DNA of 64,000 nt, taken from contig CAXXLL010000003.1 of NCBI GenBank assembly GCA_963662545.2, positions 2,240,001 through 2,304,000 of the forward strand, given 5' to 3'. Origin of the DNA: Gammaproteobacteria bacterium. Lineage in GTDB: Bacteria; Pseudomonadota; Gammaproteobacteria; Ga0077536. Of the stretch, positions 29,279-39,604 are shown piece by piece. The translations under genes were made by a program, and so were the position numbers. The stretch's first letter is position 1; each line of letters begins with the position of its first letter. The notes under the pieces are model-generated. The model had not been told where the DNA came from and did no database searches. It saw nothing but the letters and a program-made list of their open reading frames with translations.

Positions 29279-30202
29279 ATGTCAGAGTTGATGCAAGCCG
29301 AAGAGGAATCGCTCGAACTGCGGTGCATGGAAATCTGGGGCGGTAACCGCACGATCGAAGAACGTTTCAAGCTTCCGGGCATCGATGCCTACCTGTCCTC
29401 GACGGCTTTCGACGGCGGTCGTGGGGGCGATCTGCACTATCTTTCGACCTGCGGTAAAGGCCGCATCGTGCGGTTTTTGATCGCCGATGTCGCTGGACAC
29501 GGAGCAAAGGTTTCAAACGTGGCGATGCGTTTTAAAAAACTGATTGGCAAGCACATCAACAAACTCGATCAGAGTCGTCTCGCGAAAACACTCAATAAGG
29601 AATTCATGACTGACAATGAGGGCGGCCGTTTCGTCACCGCCTTGATCACCAGCTATCACCGCCCGAGCGGCTATTTCGTGGTGTGCAACGCTGGACACCC
29701 GCGGCCACTGATCTATTCTGCGCGAACCCGGCATTGGGCGTTACTTGATTACACGATCGAGCACCAGGTCGACGACGTTTTCAACCTCCCCCTGGGTATC
29801 ATCGTACCGACGGAATACCGTCAGTTCGCGGTGCGGTTGAATCCTGGCGATGTGGTCGTGCTCTATACCGACGGTTTCAGTGATCAACGCAACGGCGCAC
29901 AGCCGATCGGCGAGGAAGGACTGCTCGAAATCATCAACGGTATTCCGTTCACCAACCCCGAGGCACTGGTCCGATTGATCAAGCAGGCATTGGGCATGAA
30001 CGAGCGCAATTACAACCGCATCGACGACGAAACCATGCTGGTCATTACGCCGACCGATCGCGCCTTTAAACCGCCCACCTTGACGGAACAGCTCAAGGTT
30101 TTCGGTAGGATGATGCCCGGCCCCTGGCACGTCGGCAACGCCAGTCCAAAGGTCCCAGCCTTACGGCGCCGCGAGCTTGCGAACCTTGGTACCTCAATTT
30201 AG
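29279..30202 (+). CDS. PP2C/SpoIIE family serine phosphatase
   Basis: GGDLHY, IADVAGHG, NAGHP, LYTDG, DDET. Confidence 0.9.
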   Translation: MSELMQAEEESLELRCMEIWGGNRTIEERFKLPGIDAYLSSTAFDGGRGGDLHYLSTCGKGRIVRFLIADVAGHGAKVSNVAMRFKKLIGKHINKLDQSRLAKTLNKEFMTDNEGGRFVTALITSYHRPSGYFVVCNAGHPRPLIYSARTRHWALLDYTIEHQVDDVFNLPLGIIVPTEYRQFAVRLNPGDVVVLYTDGFSDQRNGAQPIGEEGLLEIINGIPFTNPEALVRLIKQALGMNERNYNRIDDETMLVITPTDRAFKPPTLTEQLKVFGRMMPGPWHVGNASPKVPALRRRELANLGTSI

Positions 30203-30249
30203 GGAACCTCTGGATAATTCATGGTGCGTCTGAATTGTTCAGAGGTTTC
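30203..30249. mobile_element. 47-bp internally deleted family A MITE
   Basis: GGAACCTCTGGATAATTC...GAATTGTTCAGAGGTTTC flanked by TTAG on both sides. Confidence 0.7.
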
Positions 30250-30291
30250 TTAGGCGTTCCAACGGAGTTATGTGACGACGCCCGCGTCGTG

Positions 30292-31539
30292 CTAACGGTG
30301 CAAGATCAGCACGGAGCACGCGGCTTCATCAAACCCAATCACCCCACCGCCGTTCTCGGCCAGCGCCCAGTGCGCACCTTCGACCTGGCGCTCGCCGGCT
30401 TCGCAGCGCAGTTGCTGGACGAGTTCAGCGGTCATCGACAAGCCGGTCGCGCCGACGGGGTGGCCTTTCGACACCAGGCCACCTGAGGTATTAACCGGCA
30501 CCTGGCCGCCGAGTGCGGTTGCACCGCTTTCGACGAAGGCACCGCCGTCACCGCGTGCGCAGAAATCCATCATCTCGACCTGGTAGATTTCGCAGAACGA
30601 GGTCGCATCGTGAACTTCGGCCACGTCAATTTGATCGGGTGTGATATCGGCCATGCGGTATGCGCGTTCAGCGGCAAAGCGGCTCAGCCCGTCTTCATCG
30701 AGTGAGCGATACTTGCCGCCGCTCAAGCCTTGCGCCGCGATACACACGGCACGTTCCCGAACTTCGCCCGGCAGCGTTTTCAGCACGCGCTCCGAGCATA
30801 CGATCGCCGCCGCCGCGCCGTCGCCGATCGGCGCACACATGGAGCGAGTCAGGGGATAGGTGATGGGTCGATCCGCCAGCACCTCATCGGTGGTCATTTG
30901 GAAGCGATACTGAGCCTTCGGATTGAGGGCGCCCTGGTTGTGATTCTTGGCCGCACCGGCGGCAATCTGCCTTTGCGTCGTGCCGTAACGCTTCATGTGA
31001 TAGCAGGCCTGCATCGCGTAGGTATCCATGAAGATGGTGCGATCGGGGCCGGGCTCGAACGCCTTGCCGGCGGTCTCGCCGGCATCGCGGTAATAAGTCT
31101 CCCATTCGTGGGGATCGTATTGATCGATTCCTCCGCAATAGAGTTTGGACACCTGCTCGGGATCATCCGGATAAAACGTCTTCTCCACGCCCATAGCCAG
31201 ACTCATTTCGGCCTGTCCCGAGAGGATATCTTTCCACGCGCCGTTCAGCGCCAGCGATGCGGTCGCGCAGCCGCCTTCGACATTCATTAGCGGTATACGC
31301 TCGGGCAAACGCCCCTCCCGCACCATCGGCGTGAGACAGACCTGCCCGCGGATCCCGCCCTGATTTTCGGTCCACATCCCGCAGTTGCCGAACCAGATGG
31401 TCTCGATCGGGCCACCATCGTCGAAGCCGGCATCGCCGAGCACCTGCTCATAGGCCTCGCGGGTGAGATCCTTGACGCTGTTCTGGGGGCGCCGGCCAAA
31501 AGCCGTACTGTAGCTACCGATGATGTATACCTTACTCAT
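30292..31539 (-). CDS. Thiolase family protein (SCP-x type)
   Basis: NVEGGCAT, EVHDA, NTSGGLVSKGHPVGATG; start placed at MSKVYIIG. Confidence 0.9.
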   Translation of the reverse strand: MSKVYIIGSYSTAFGRRPQNSVKDLTREAYEQVLGDAGFDDGGPIETIWFGNCGMWTENQGGIRGQVCLTPMVREGRLPERIPLMNVEGGCATASLALNGAWKDILSGQAEMSLAMGVEKTFYPDDPEQVSKLYCGGIDQYDPHEWETYYRDAGETAGKAFEPGPDRTIFMDTYAMQACYHMKRYGTTQRQIAAGAAKNHNQGALNPKAQYRFQMTTDEVLADRPITYPLTRSMCAPIGDGAAAAIVCSERVLKTLPGEVRERAVCIAAQGLSGGKYRSLDEDGLSRFAAERAYRMADITPDQIDVAEVHDATSFCEIYQVEMMDFCARGDGGAFVESGATALGGQVPVNTSGGLVSKGHPVGATGLSMTAELVQQLRCEAGERQVEGAHWALAENGGGVIGFDEAACSVLILHR

Positions 31540-31685
31540 GCCTCGATCCTGCTTGGAGTTGCGGGCAGCGCACGTGATGATCCAAGCTCGGTGCGCCGCT
31601 GCCGGCCGGGGCTTTGAGTCTATCAAGAAAACGCCGGGTCGATTAATCTGACGACCGTGCAATTGTCTCGACCACGGAGCACCGA

Positions 31686-32903
31686 ATGACTGCAGCCGCC
31701 GCGATTTATGACCCACGCGATCGCGCCACGATCAACGATCCGATCCCGGTTTTCCGTTCTTTGCAAAACGACGACCCCTGCCATTGGTGCAAACCGCTGA
31801 AAAGCTGGCTGCTGATCCGCTACCAGGACGTGCGAGAAATTCTACTCGACGAGAACATCTCGGCCGACCGGCTGACGCCTTACTATGAGAGTCTGCCCGA
31901 TGATCAGCGCCGCGGCATCAGCGAGATGGTGCGCTACTTGAACACCTGGATCGCGTTCAAGGATCCGCCCGATCACACGCGCATGCGCACACTGTTGAAC
32001 AAGGTCTTCACGCCGGGCGCGATCCGCAGCCTGCGTCCGGCGGTGGAAGATGCTGTCGCCCACCTGCTCGACCCGCTCCTAGCCAAGCCGGAGTTCGACT
32101 TCATCAAGGAGTTTGCCTACCCGCTGCCAGCGAACGTGATCCTGATGATGCTGGGTTTGCCCGCGGAGGATATGGAAAGTCTGCACGAATGGTCCGCGCA
32201 GATGCAGCCGTTCATTGGCGGCGCCACGACATCCCCGGACAAGTATGCTAAGGCGCAGGAGGGGGCTATCGCGATGGCGGAGTATTTCCGCGCGGCGATC
32301 CGTGAACGGGTATCACGCCCGCGGAACGATATGTTGTCGAAGCTCGTCGCGTGCCGCGAGAAGGACGACGCGCTGAGCGAGGATGAAGTGATCGGCACCG
32401 CCATGCTCTTTCTTTTCGGCGGCCATGAAACGACGACCAATCTGATCGGCAACGGCGTCCGCGCCCTACTCCAGCATCCTGATCAGTTGGCGCGCTTGCG
32501 AGCAGAGCCAAGCTTAATCCGCAAGGCGGTCGAGGAGATCTTGCGCTACGACGGTCCGACGCTGGCCACGGTGCGCGTCGTCAAGCACCCTCACGAGCGC
32601 CACGGCCAAAAGCTCGCGCAAGGCGATCGCGTGTTCGTCATGATCCATGGCGCCAATCACGACGAACGCCGTTTCGAAGATCCCGATGAGTTCAATATCG
32701 AACGCGATCCAAACCCGCACCTGACGTTCAACTACGGTATCCATTTCTGTCTCGGTGCGCCGCTTGCGCGGCTCGAAGGCGACGTCGCGATCGGCGCCGT
32801 GATCGAACGCATGCCGTCCTTGAAGCTGGCCCGGGACAGCTACGACTACATGGACACCATGGTCATGCGCGGCGTGCGGGAGATGCCCGTGAAGCAGGGC
32901 TAG
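31686..32903 (+). CDS. Cytochrome P450
   Basis: DPPDHTR, GGHETT, EEILR, FNYGIHFCLG heme motif. Confidence 0.95.
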   Translation: MTAAAAIYDPRDRATINDPIPVFRSLQNDDPCHWCKPLKSWLLIRYQDVREILLDENISADRLTPYYESLPDDQRRGISEMVRYLNTWIAFKDPPDHTRMRTLLNKVFTPGAIRSLRPAVEDAVAHLLDPLLAKPEFDFIKEFAYPLPANVILMMLGLPAEDMESLHEWSAQMQPFIGGATTSPDKYAKAQEGAIAMAEYFRAAIRERVSRPRNDMLSKLVACREKDDALSEDEVIGTAMLFLFGGHETTTNLIGNGVRALLQHPDQLARLRAEPSLIRKAVEEILRYDGPTLATVRVVKHPHERHGQKLAQGDRVFVMIHGANHDERRFEDPDEFNIERDPNPHLTFNYGIHFCLGAPLARLEGDVAIGAVIERMPSLKLARDSYDYMDTMVMRGVREMPVKQG

Positions 32904-32949
32904 GCAAGCCGTGGCTCCAGCAGAAACAGCGTTCGTATTTCGCAGCTGT

Positions 32950-34173
32950 TTAGAGAGAAGGGTTATCCAATGGCAATCCCAGCAAGACCCGACCGTATGA
33001 AACGCCATTCACATCCCAATTGTGGGTAAAGTGGCGGCTCGCCGCGCACATATCGCGATAGCTGCGTTCAATGGGATTATTTTCATAGACCCCCCGTCCC
33101 ATTACTGCATCCCAGATAACATTGGCAGCGCGCCACGCTTGTCGGCCAATAAAAGCTCCGTGAGCGCGGTACTTAGTACGCTCCTCGTCGCTTGGCAGCG
33201 TGCCCGCTTGCGCATGCGCCACGATTTCATCGCAGATACCGCGCGCAATCGCGTGCGCGGAGTCCACGCATACCGCGGCTTCGGCGACCTTGAGATGTTG
33301 CGGCACTTCCAGGCGTGAAACTTTCCCGGACATTAACGCCTTATGTCCGGCGATATAGTCCCGGTAATATTCCAGCATGCCGGATGCGATTCCGAGCGTC
33401 GCGCTCGTGATCAAGATGCCGAACTGCATGTAGCTAGGCATTTGATACATGGGCGCGGTGTTCACCCGATTACCGGGCGAAGGTCCGCCTTTGAGGTGTT
33501 CGATCGGAACCGTTCGGTGATCCGGTATGAAAGCGTCATCTACAACGATGTCGTGGCTGCCCGATCCCCTTAAGCCTATGGAGTGCCAGGTATCGATGAT
33601 CTCGAAAGTGCCGTTCTGCATGAGGAAATAGCGTTCCTCGTCGTCGCCATGCGGGTTCTCGACCATGCCCGAGAGAATGCACCAATCGCAGGTGTTGACA
33701 CCGCTGACGAAAGGCCAGCGACCGGTCAGGCGATAACCACCATCGACTTTTCGTGCCTTTCCCTTGAGCGGGATCAGGATGCCCGAGATGAGGCTTTCAG
33801 GTTTCACACCCCAAATCTCGTCCTGCGCCTCGACCGGCCATTGCGACACCATGTAGTTATGCCCGATGTATTGCGCGAGGCACCATCCGGTCGAGCCGCA
33901 ACCGCGGCCGACCCGCGTCAGGATTTCGACCATTCCGAAAAAATGGCCTTCGCAACCACCATAGCGCGACGGCTGAAGAATACGGGCAACGCCCGTTGTT
34001 TCTAGATCCTTTTTCGTCGCCAATGGCAACTGGCGGAGTTCTTCGGTCTCCTCGGCACGTTCGCGGAGAATCGGGATCAGCGACTCTGCACGTGCCACGA
34101 GTTCTTCATAGGTGCCAACCGGTTTCGGGGGTCGCCCGTCCGCGAGCTGCACCTGCGTAGATGAGGTTGACAT
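32950..34173 (-). CDS. Flavin-dependent monooxygenase, acyl-CoA dehydrogenase fold (HsaA-like)
   Basis: QPSRYGG, GRWPFVSG, DTWHSIGLRGSGS, ERSYRD; start uncertain. Confidence 0.85.
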   Translation of the reverse strand: MSTSSTQVQLADGRPPKPVGTYEELVARAESLIPILRERAEETEELRQLPLATKKDLETTGVARILQPSRYGGCEGHFFGMVEILTRVGRGCGSTGWCLAQYIGHNYMVSQWPVEAQDEIWGVKPESLISGILIPLKGKARKVDGGYRLTGRWPFVSGVNTCDWCILSGMVENPHGDDEERYFLMQNGTFEIIDTWHSIGLRGSGSHDIVVDDAFIPDHRTVPIEHLKGGPSPGNRVNTAPMYQMPSYMQFGILITSATLGIASGMLEYYRDYIAGHKALMSGKVSRLEVPQHLKVAEAAVCVDSAHAIARGICDEIVAHAQAGTLPSDEERTKYRAHGAFIGRQAWRAANVIWDAVMGRGVYENNPIERSYRDMCAASRHFTHNWDVNGVSYGRVLLGLPLDNPSL

Positions 34174-34290
34174 ATCTGGAATGCGATCCTGCAGTACGAA
34201 CGATGGGCTCAAGCATATCCGAGGCTACTCCCCTGGATCCATCGCCCGAGATCCCTCTGCCCCTTTTCCTCCTTTTGTATCGCGGTGCCG

Positions 34291-35040
34291 CTACTCAAAC
34301 AAAACGGCTGCCAATTCCGGGATCGCGCGAATGGCGTATTCAGGGTCCGGGACGCCGGCCGGCAAGCCGGCACCACGCGCGTTGACCCAGGCGATATCCA
34401 TCCCGATACCGTTCGCGCCGACGATATCATCCTCGATTGAATCGCCGACAAAGAGTGCTTCTTGAGGCGCAACACCGAGCAGTTCCAGGGTGTCGGTAAA
34501 TATCTTAGCGTGCGGTTTGCGCCAACCGTGATCATCGGACACCACGACATGGTGGAAAAACGGTCTGGCGCCGTCGCGCTCGATGATATGGCGGGCGGTC
34601 GGACCATGATCGAAATTTGAAACCAGGGCAATAGGATAGACTTCGTAAACGCGTCCCAGGAATTCAGTATGCTCTGCAGGGACCTCTACCGCACCGATAA
34701 GTTTTTCCAAATGTCTAACCGATAATTCCTTGGCCAATTCGTTGGTAGCATCGCAATCCATTAATCCCGCTTTGGTGAGTGCCAGCTTGAATCGCTGCAC
34801 GGAAGGGATCTCACGCATATCACGCGCGCGGCGTTCGGCGAGCTCCTCATTGGCGGCAGTAAAGGCGTTGAAAAAATCTCCGAACAGAAGATCGGGTGCG
34901 TGCTCTTCAAGCGCCGCTTGAAGGACGCCCATGGTAGAAGGAGACGTTTTACCCTGCCACGTAAATCTGGGCATGCGCTCGGGCCGCCACAGCGCGACGG
35001 TCCCGAAGAGGTCGAACAAAATCGCTTTGTACTGCTTCAC
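34291..35040 (-). CDS. HAD family hydrolase
   Basis: FDLFGTV, VSNFD, RKPH, FVGDSIEDDI. Confidence 0.88.
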   Translation of the reverse strand: MKQYKAILFDLFGTVALWRPERMPRFTWQGKTSPSTMGVLQAALEEHAPDLLFGDFFNAFTAANEELAERRARDMREIPSVQRFKLALTKAGLMDCDATNELAKELSVRHLEKLIGAVEVPAEHTEFLGRVYEVYPIALVSNFDHGPTARHIIERDGARPFFHHVVVSDDHGWRKPHAKIFTDTLELLGVAPQEALFVGDSIEDDIVGANGIGMDIAWVNARGAGLPAGVPDPEYAIRAIPELAAVLFE

Positions 35041-35186
35041 ACCGACTATCCTCGAAGTATCTTTCGCTCACAGCATCGTGATGCGGGCACGGATAATAGC
35101 TCAGCTAATCGGAACGGCGGATATAATTCACCCTACAATAAAGCTGAATAGTCGCTAGGCTCTACTCACCAAAGGAACTGAGAAAG

Positions 35187-36014
35187 ATGTCGGCCGAATC
35201 GGAGCGATCGCACCAGAGCAATACCTTGCGCGACCTGGAGAAGCTCCCACTCGACGAAGTCCGATCGAGGATCCGTGCAAACGCTTATACCGGCCACACC
35301 GCGGGTCTCGCAGCAGGCTACCAGCAATCTAATGTCGTGATCCTGACTGTATCCGACGCGCTCGACTTCTTTCGTTATTGCCAGCGGAATCCAAAGCCTT
35401 GTCCATTGATCTACGTTTCCGATACCGGCGATCCTTCGATGCGTGAACTCGGCCGCGATATCGACATCCGCACCGATGTCCCGCTCTACAACGTCTATCG
35501 CGGCGGGCACTTGATTGAACAACGCCCCGAGATAGGCAAATTGTGGCGCAGGGATTTCGTTACATTCGCGCTGGGCTGTTCCTTTACCTTTGAGCACGCA
35601 CTCGTCTCAGCCGGCATCCCGATGCGCCATATCGAAAATGATCGGACAGTGTCCGTGTTCCGCACTTCGATCGAAACGACGCCCGCCGGGCGATTCAGCG
35701 GCAACCTGGTCGTTTCTATGCGTCCCGTGAAAAAATCCGATCTCGAAACAGTAAGGCGCACCTGCACTCACTTTCCGCATGCGCACGGCCCGCCGATACA
35801 TCAAGGCGATCCCGCGGAGATTGGGGTGATGGATATCACTCGCCCGGACTGGGGCGACGCCGTCGAGATTCGGGCGGACGAAGTCCCGGTGTTCTGGGCC
35901 TGCGGCGTGACGCCCCAGAACGCATTGTTGAATGCAAAGCCCGAACTGTGTATCACGCATACGCCGGGACGTATGTTGCTCACCGAGCTGGATGCCGAGC
36001 CCGACCAAAATTGA
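35187..36014 (+). CDS. DUF1445 putative hydro-lyase (D-glutamate cyclase family)
   Basis: CQRNPKPCP, LGCSFTFE, FWACGVTPQ, THTPG. Confidence 0.9.
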   Translation: MSAESERSHQSNTLRDLEKLPLDEVRSRIRANAYTGHTAGLAAGYQQSNVVILTVSDALDFFRYCQRNPKPCPLIYVSDTGDPSMRELGRDIDIRTDVPLYNVYRGGHLIEQRPEIGKLWRRDFVTFALGCSFTFEHALVSAGIPMRHIENDRTVSVFRTSIETTPAGRFSGNLVVSMRPVKKSDLETVRRTCTHFPHAHGPPIHQGDPAEIGVMDITRPDWGDAVEIRADEVPVFWACGVTPQNALLNAKPELCITHTPGRMLLTELDAEPDQN

Positions 36015-36202
36015 AAACCGTATACGTCTAATCTGGAATAACGACAGACGATCTCGGATCATTGCGGGCCGAGCAACGCTTCGCCACCGCGCTATTGGGT
36101 ATGAGCCGCTATTGGGCCGCGGTATCCGCCGGGCCGCTTGCGCGGCTGGACCCGGTCTCCGGGTAAATGCCGTCGACCCGCGCGCGATCGGCTTGCGGAA
36201 CT

Positions 36203-36302
36203 TCAGGCGCGAACGCTGACGACGAGTTTCCCCTTCGCCTGGTTCGATTCCATGTACTCGCACGCGGCAACCACCTCCTCAAAGGCGAATACCCGGTCGA
36301 TA
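36203..36302 (-). pseudogene. C-terminal fragment of an MDR/quinone oxidoreductase family gene
   Basis: IDRVFAFEEVVAACEYMESNQAKGKLVV is a typical MDR C-terminus; the rest of the gene is absent. Confidence 0.65.
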
Positions 36303-36552
36303 CTGTTGCTGATGGGCATGGCCATCTTGGTATTTGTACTGCAGCCGTCGGCAAACATTGTCCCGACGTTTGATAATCGCTTTTCCAATGCGCCGGTCGC
36401 GTTATTTTTCGACCGGATTGAATAGATATGTCCGGGGCGCGGCTGCGCTCGTAACCCTTATAGTGGGCATCATGCTCATGATGAAAACCGGCGGGGGCGT
36501 CGGTTTTTACCCCGCTGCCAGCTTTCATTTCCCGCCACCCGTTCCGTAAGTG

Positions 36553-37710
36553 TCATACGAACGTAATGGGATCGAGCTTCGCTCCCGGAAACACGTCGTT
36601 TTCAACCAAACCCTGGTCGAAGCCCAGGTGATCGACAAGCGCACCCGCGAATACATCGCGGATATCACGGGTGGGCTTGAGGTCACGTCCGTCCAACAGT
36701 GCATTCGGGCTCAGGCCCGGCCAGTCCGCGATGAGGCGACCGCCGGAGACGGCGCCTCCGACGGCAAAGGCGAGCGTGCCGGTGCCGTGATCCGTGCCGT
36801 TCGTCCCGTTGATGCTGACAGTTCGACCGAATTCCGTGAATACGATCATGACGGTGTCGTCCCAGACGCGGCCAGTCCCTGCCGATATCGTCGCCAGAGC
36901 ATCGTCGAGTTGCCCGAGCCTGTTGGCCAGGGGACCCTGGGCGCCGCCCTGGTTGGCGTGTGTGTCCCAGCCGCCCCAGTCAAGCGCGATCACCATCGGC
37001 CCGTCGGCTCGAGTCAGAAATTCGATCAAGGGATCGAGCACCGCCTGCAGTTGTCCACGTCGTCCCCGCTGCCTGCCGCGCAGTGACATGCTCGAAGGGC
37101 CGTCGAGTGCGACCTCCAGGCGTTCGGCGAAGAACGGATCATTCGAATAAAGATCGCGGATGCGGCGCAGGGTATCGTCGTCGATCTGCGGGAGCGCCGA
37201 CGGTGCCCAGGTTTGAATCGGGGCTTGACCCCGAACGATGAGCGGTACGTTTGAGCCGATCGACAAAACGGGAAGATCGGGAAACACGCCGGCGGCACGA
37301 TTGAGCCAGCCCGTGACTTCGCCGGGATCGGAGGTGCCGTTTTCCAGGATTTTCTGTGCATCGAAGTGTGAACGTGAACGGTAAGGCGTCGCGACCGCAT
37401 GGAACAAAACCGCTTCGCCGCGCCGGTAGAGATCGTACAGCGTTTGCAGTCGCGGGTGCAGGCCAAACAATCCGTCGAGTTTGAGAAGACCATTCTCCGA
37501 GCCCGGCGGCGGCACGGTCAGTTGCCCTCTGAAAGAGTTGAAATCAGGATCCCCGTAGGGTGCCACGACAGCCAGACCGTCGAGGCCGCCGCGAAGATTC
37601 AACAGCACCAGACGAGGCCGGCGCTTGGCATCGGCCCCAAGTGCAACTGGCGATAACGCGTTCAGCGCCACGCTGGCGGCCAGGTATTCGAGCAATTCAC
37701 GACGATTCAT
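36553..37710 (-). CDS. DUF1501 domain protein with Tat signal
   Basis: MNRRELL signal, LRGGLDGL, RSHFDAQ, GWDTH, TEFGRT, GTDHG. Confidence 0.9.
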   Translation of the reverse strand: MNRRELLEYLAASVALNALSPVALGADAKRRPRLVLLNLRGGLDGLAVVAPYGDPDFNSFRGQLTVPPPGSENGLLKLDGLFGLHPRLQTLYDLYRRGEAVLFHAVATPYRSRSHFDAQKILENGTSDPGEVTGWLNRAAGVFPDLPVLSIGSNVPLIVRGQAPIQTWAPSALPQIDDDTLRRIRDLYSNDPFFAERLEVALDGPSSMSLRGRQRGRRGQLQAVLDPLIEFLTRADGPMVIALDWGGWDTHANQGGAQGPLANRLGQLDDALATISAGTGRVWDDTVMIVFTEFGRTVSINGTNGTDHGTGTLAFAVGGAVSGGRLIADWPGLSPNALLDGRDLKPTRDIRDVFAGALVDHLGFDQGLVENDVFPGAKLDPITFV

Positions 37711-37715
37711 AAATG

Positions 37716-39125
37716 CTACCTCCATTGAAATTCCGGGCTTGCGAGCAGCAAGCTCAGGCCCTGCTCCGCTGATTCCGCGCGGGAGACGGCGAGCCGCGTG
37801 TGCTCGTCGATGGTGTCGCCGAACGCTTGACGGATCAGTCGCATCGGGTCGTATCGATTGCCGATTCGCTGTCCTACGGCGGCCGCCCATTCGATGCGTT
37901 TCATCAAGGCGTCGGCGCCGTTCCAGAATGCCGCCTGTTCCGGCCATCCGGCTGGCGACCCCGGTGTCCACGGCCGTTGCCCGAGATGCTCGAACGATCC
38001 GATGAGGATCCTAGGCTCACGGGGAACGAAGTCGAGCAGCCGGAAAGCCGAGATCAGAAAGTCGTTGGGCGTTTTGAACTTCGCTCTGGTTTCGGACCAG
38101 ACGAGGGGATGATCCACCATCGATAGGTAGACCGAGGGAAGATGGCCGTCCGTTTCCATGAAGACGCCGGCCATGCGTTCAATGACGTCCACCGGCGGAT
38201 CCTCTGAGACGAAATGCCGCGCCAGTTTGGCGCTGACGTATTTCGCCGTACTCGGATGACGGGCGAGATCTTCCAGTATCTCCACCGCTTGCGTTTCACC
38301 GGCCTCGGCATAGCGATTTCCGAGGACGGTTCTCGAACCGGGTTCGTGCATCGGTTCACGGAACACAAACGTCCCGACCGGTTCAAGTTGACCGCGCGGG
38401 TTGATCCCCCCGATCGACCAGCCGGTGAGCGCTTTCGCCAACGCCTTGACGTCTTGCTGGATATAGCCACCGTCAACGCCGAGCGTATGCAGCTCCAGGA
38501 TCTCACGTCCCAGGTTTTCGTTCAGCCCCGGCGTACCCTGCGCGCGCTTCCTGCCTTGTATGAATCTCGCAGCCCGTGAGTTGACGCCCATGGAGCGTTG
38601 ATTGTCGAGGTAGAGCACCATGGCGGGATGCCGTTCTACGGCGAGCAGCATGTCGATGAAGCGCGCGTTGACATGGGGTCGAACCGCTTCGAATTCGAGC
38701 GCGCCGGCAAGGGCGAGGGTCTGAGGTTTATCGGAGGACACGGCGAAGTGGTTGGCCCAGAAGTGGGTCAAGCGCTCGAAGAATGAATTGGGTGAGGTCG
38801 CCGCCAGGTGAGTGCGGGCTTCGACCTGCGCCATGTACGCTGGCACAGCATGCTGCTTGAGTCCCGCTTTGATCTTCTCCGCAAGATCGCCTGCCGGTTG
38901 CGCGTGACGGTCACGCCTGGCCATTCGTTGCTCGTGGAAATCGCCGATGAGCACTGCGGAGCCGGGCAAACTGCCGATCGCCTCCGGTACCGCAGACGCG
39001 TTATCGAGCTGCGCCATGAGCCATGCTTTTGGGTCGGCCTCCGCCGCCCGGATCTCGCCCGGTTTGGCGCCGAATCCGAAGCGATTCGCCGCAATCACCG
39101 CGCTTTGATAATCGTCTAAACTCAC
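37716..39125 (-). CDS. DUF1800 domain protein
   Basis: NRFGFG, FWANHFAVS, YLDN, NENLGREILELHTLG, SPEFQWR; paired with DUF1501. Confidence 0.9.
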   Translation of the reverse strand: MSLDDYQSAVIAANRFGFGAKPGEIRAAEADPKAWLMAQLDNASAVPEAIGSLPGSAVLIGDFHEQRMARRDRHAQPAGDLAEKIKAGLKQHAVPAYMAQVEARTHLAATSPNSFFERLTHFWANHFAVSSDKPQTLALAGALEFEAVRPHVNARFIDMLLAVERHPAMVLYLDNQRSMGVNSRAARFIQGRKRAQGTPGLNENLGREILELHTLGVDGGYIQQDVKALAKALTGWSIGGINPRGQLEPVGTFVFREPMHEPGSRTVLGNRYAEAGETQAVEILEDLARHPSTAKYVSAKLARHFVSEDPPVDVIERMAGVFMETDGHLPSVYLSMVDHPLVWSETRAKFKTPNDFLISAFRLLDFVPREPRILIGSFEHLGQRPWTPGSPAGWPEQAAFWNGADALMKRIEWAAAVGQRIGNRYDPMRLIRQAFGDTIDEHTRLAVSRAESAEQGLSLLLASPEFQWR

Positions 39126-39341
39126 GCCCGTGAACCTCCGACGGATTGAAGCCCTTAGGCTATCAACGCGCGAAGGGGCGTTCGGTTGACGGGCGGCTGA
39201 AAATCCCGCCGGCCCTTGCAACACCCGATGCAGCGGTGCTCAGAGCTACCTTGCCTCCTCCTTATGGCTGGCTTTCTTTCTCAATACCGGATGACTCGGA
39301 ACGCATGCAGTTTCAAGAAAACTTCGCGCTCAGGATCAGCG

Positions 39342-39584
39342 TTATTCCGATGAACGCAACAGCGCGGTAATGTCCGCCAAGCTCTCTATTGCCAACATGG
39401 TGTCGGTGTCCAGCGGCCGCCCCAGGTACTGTTCAAGCGCCAGGATCAAATTCATGTGCGCCAGACTGTCCCATCGCTCGGTACGCCCGATAGCGGCGTC
39501 GCTTTCCAGTTCGTCGACGTTCAAGTGGAGGGCGTTTGCCAGGAGCTGACGGGCCGTAACGGCGTTCTCCGCATCTGGATTCAT
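39342..39584 (-). CDS. Acyl carrier protein
   Basis: WDSLAHMNL phosphopantetheine site; 80-aa acidic protein. Confidence 0.85.
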   Translation of the reverse strand: MNPDAENAVTARQLLANALHLNVDELESDAAIGRTERWDSLAHMNLILALEQYLGRPLDTDTMLAIESLADITALLRSSE

Positions 39585-39604
39585 TGCACTTCCAGCAGGA
39601 AAAC

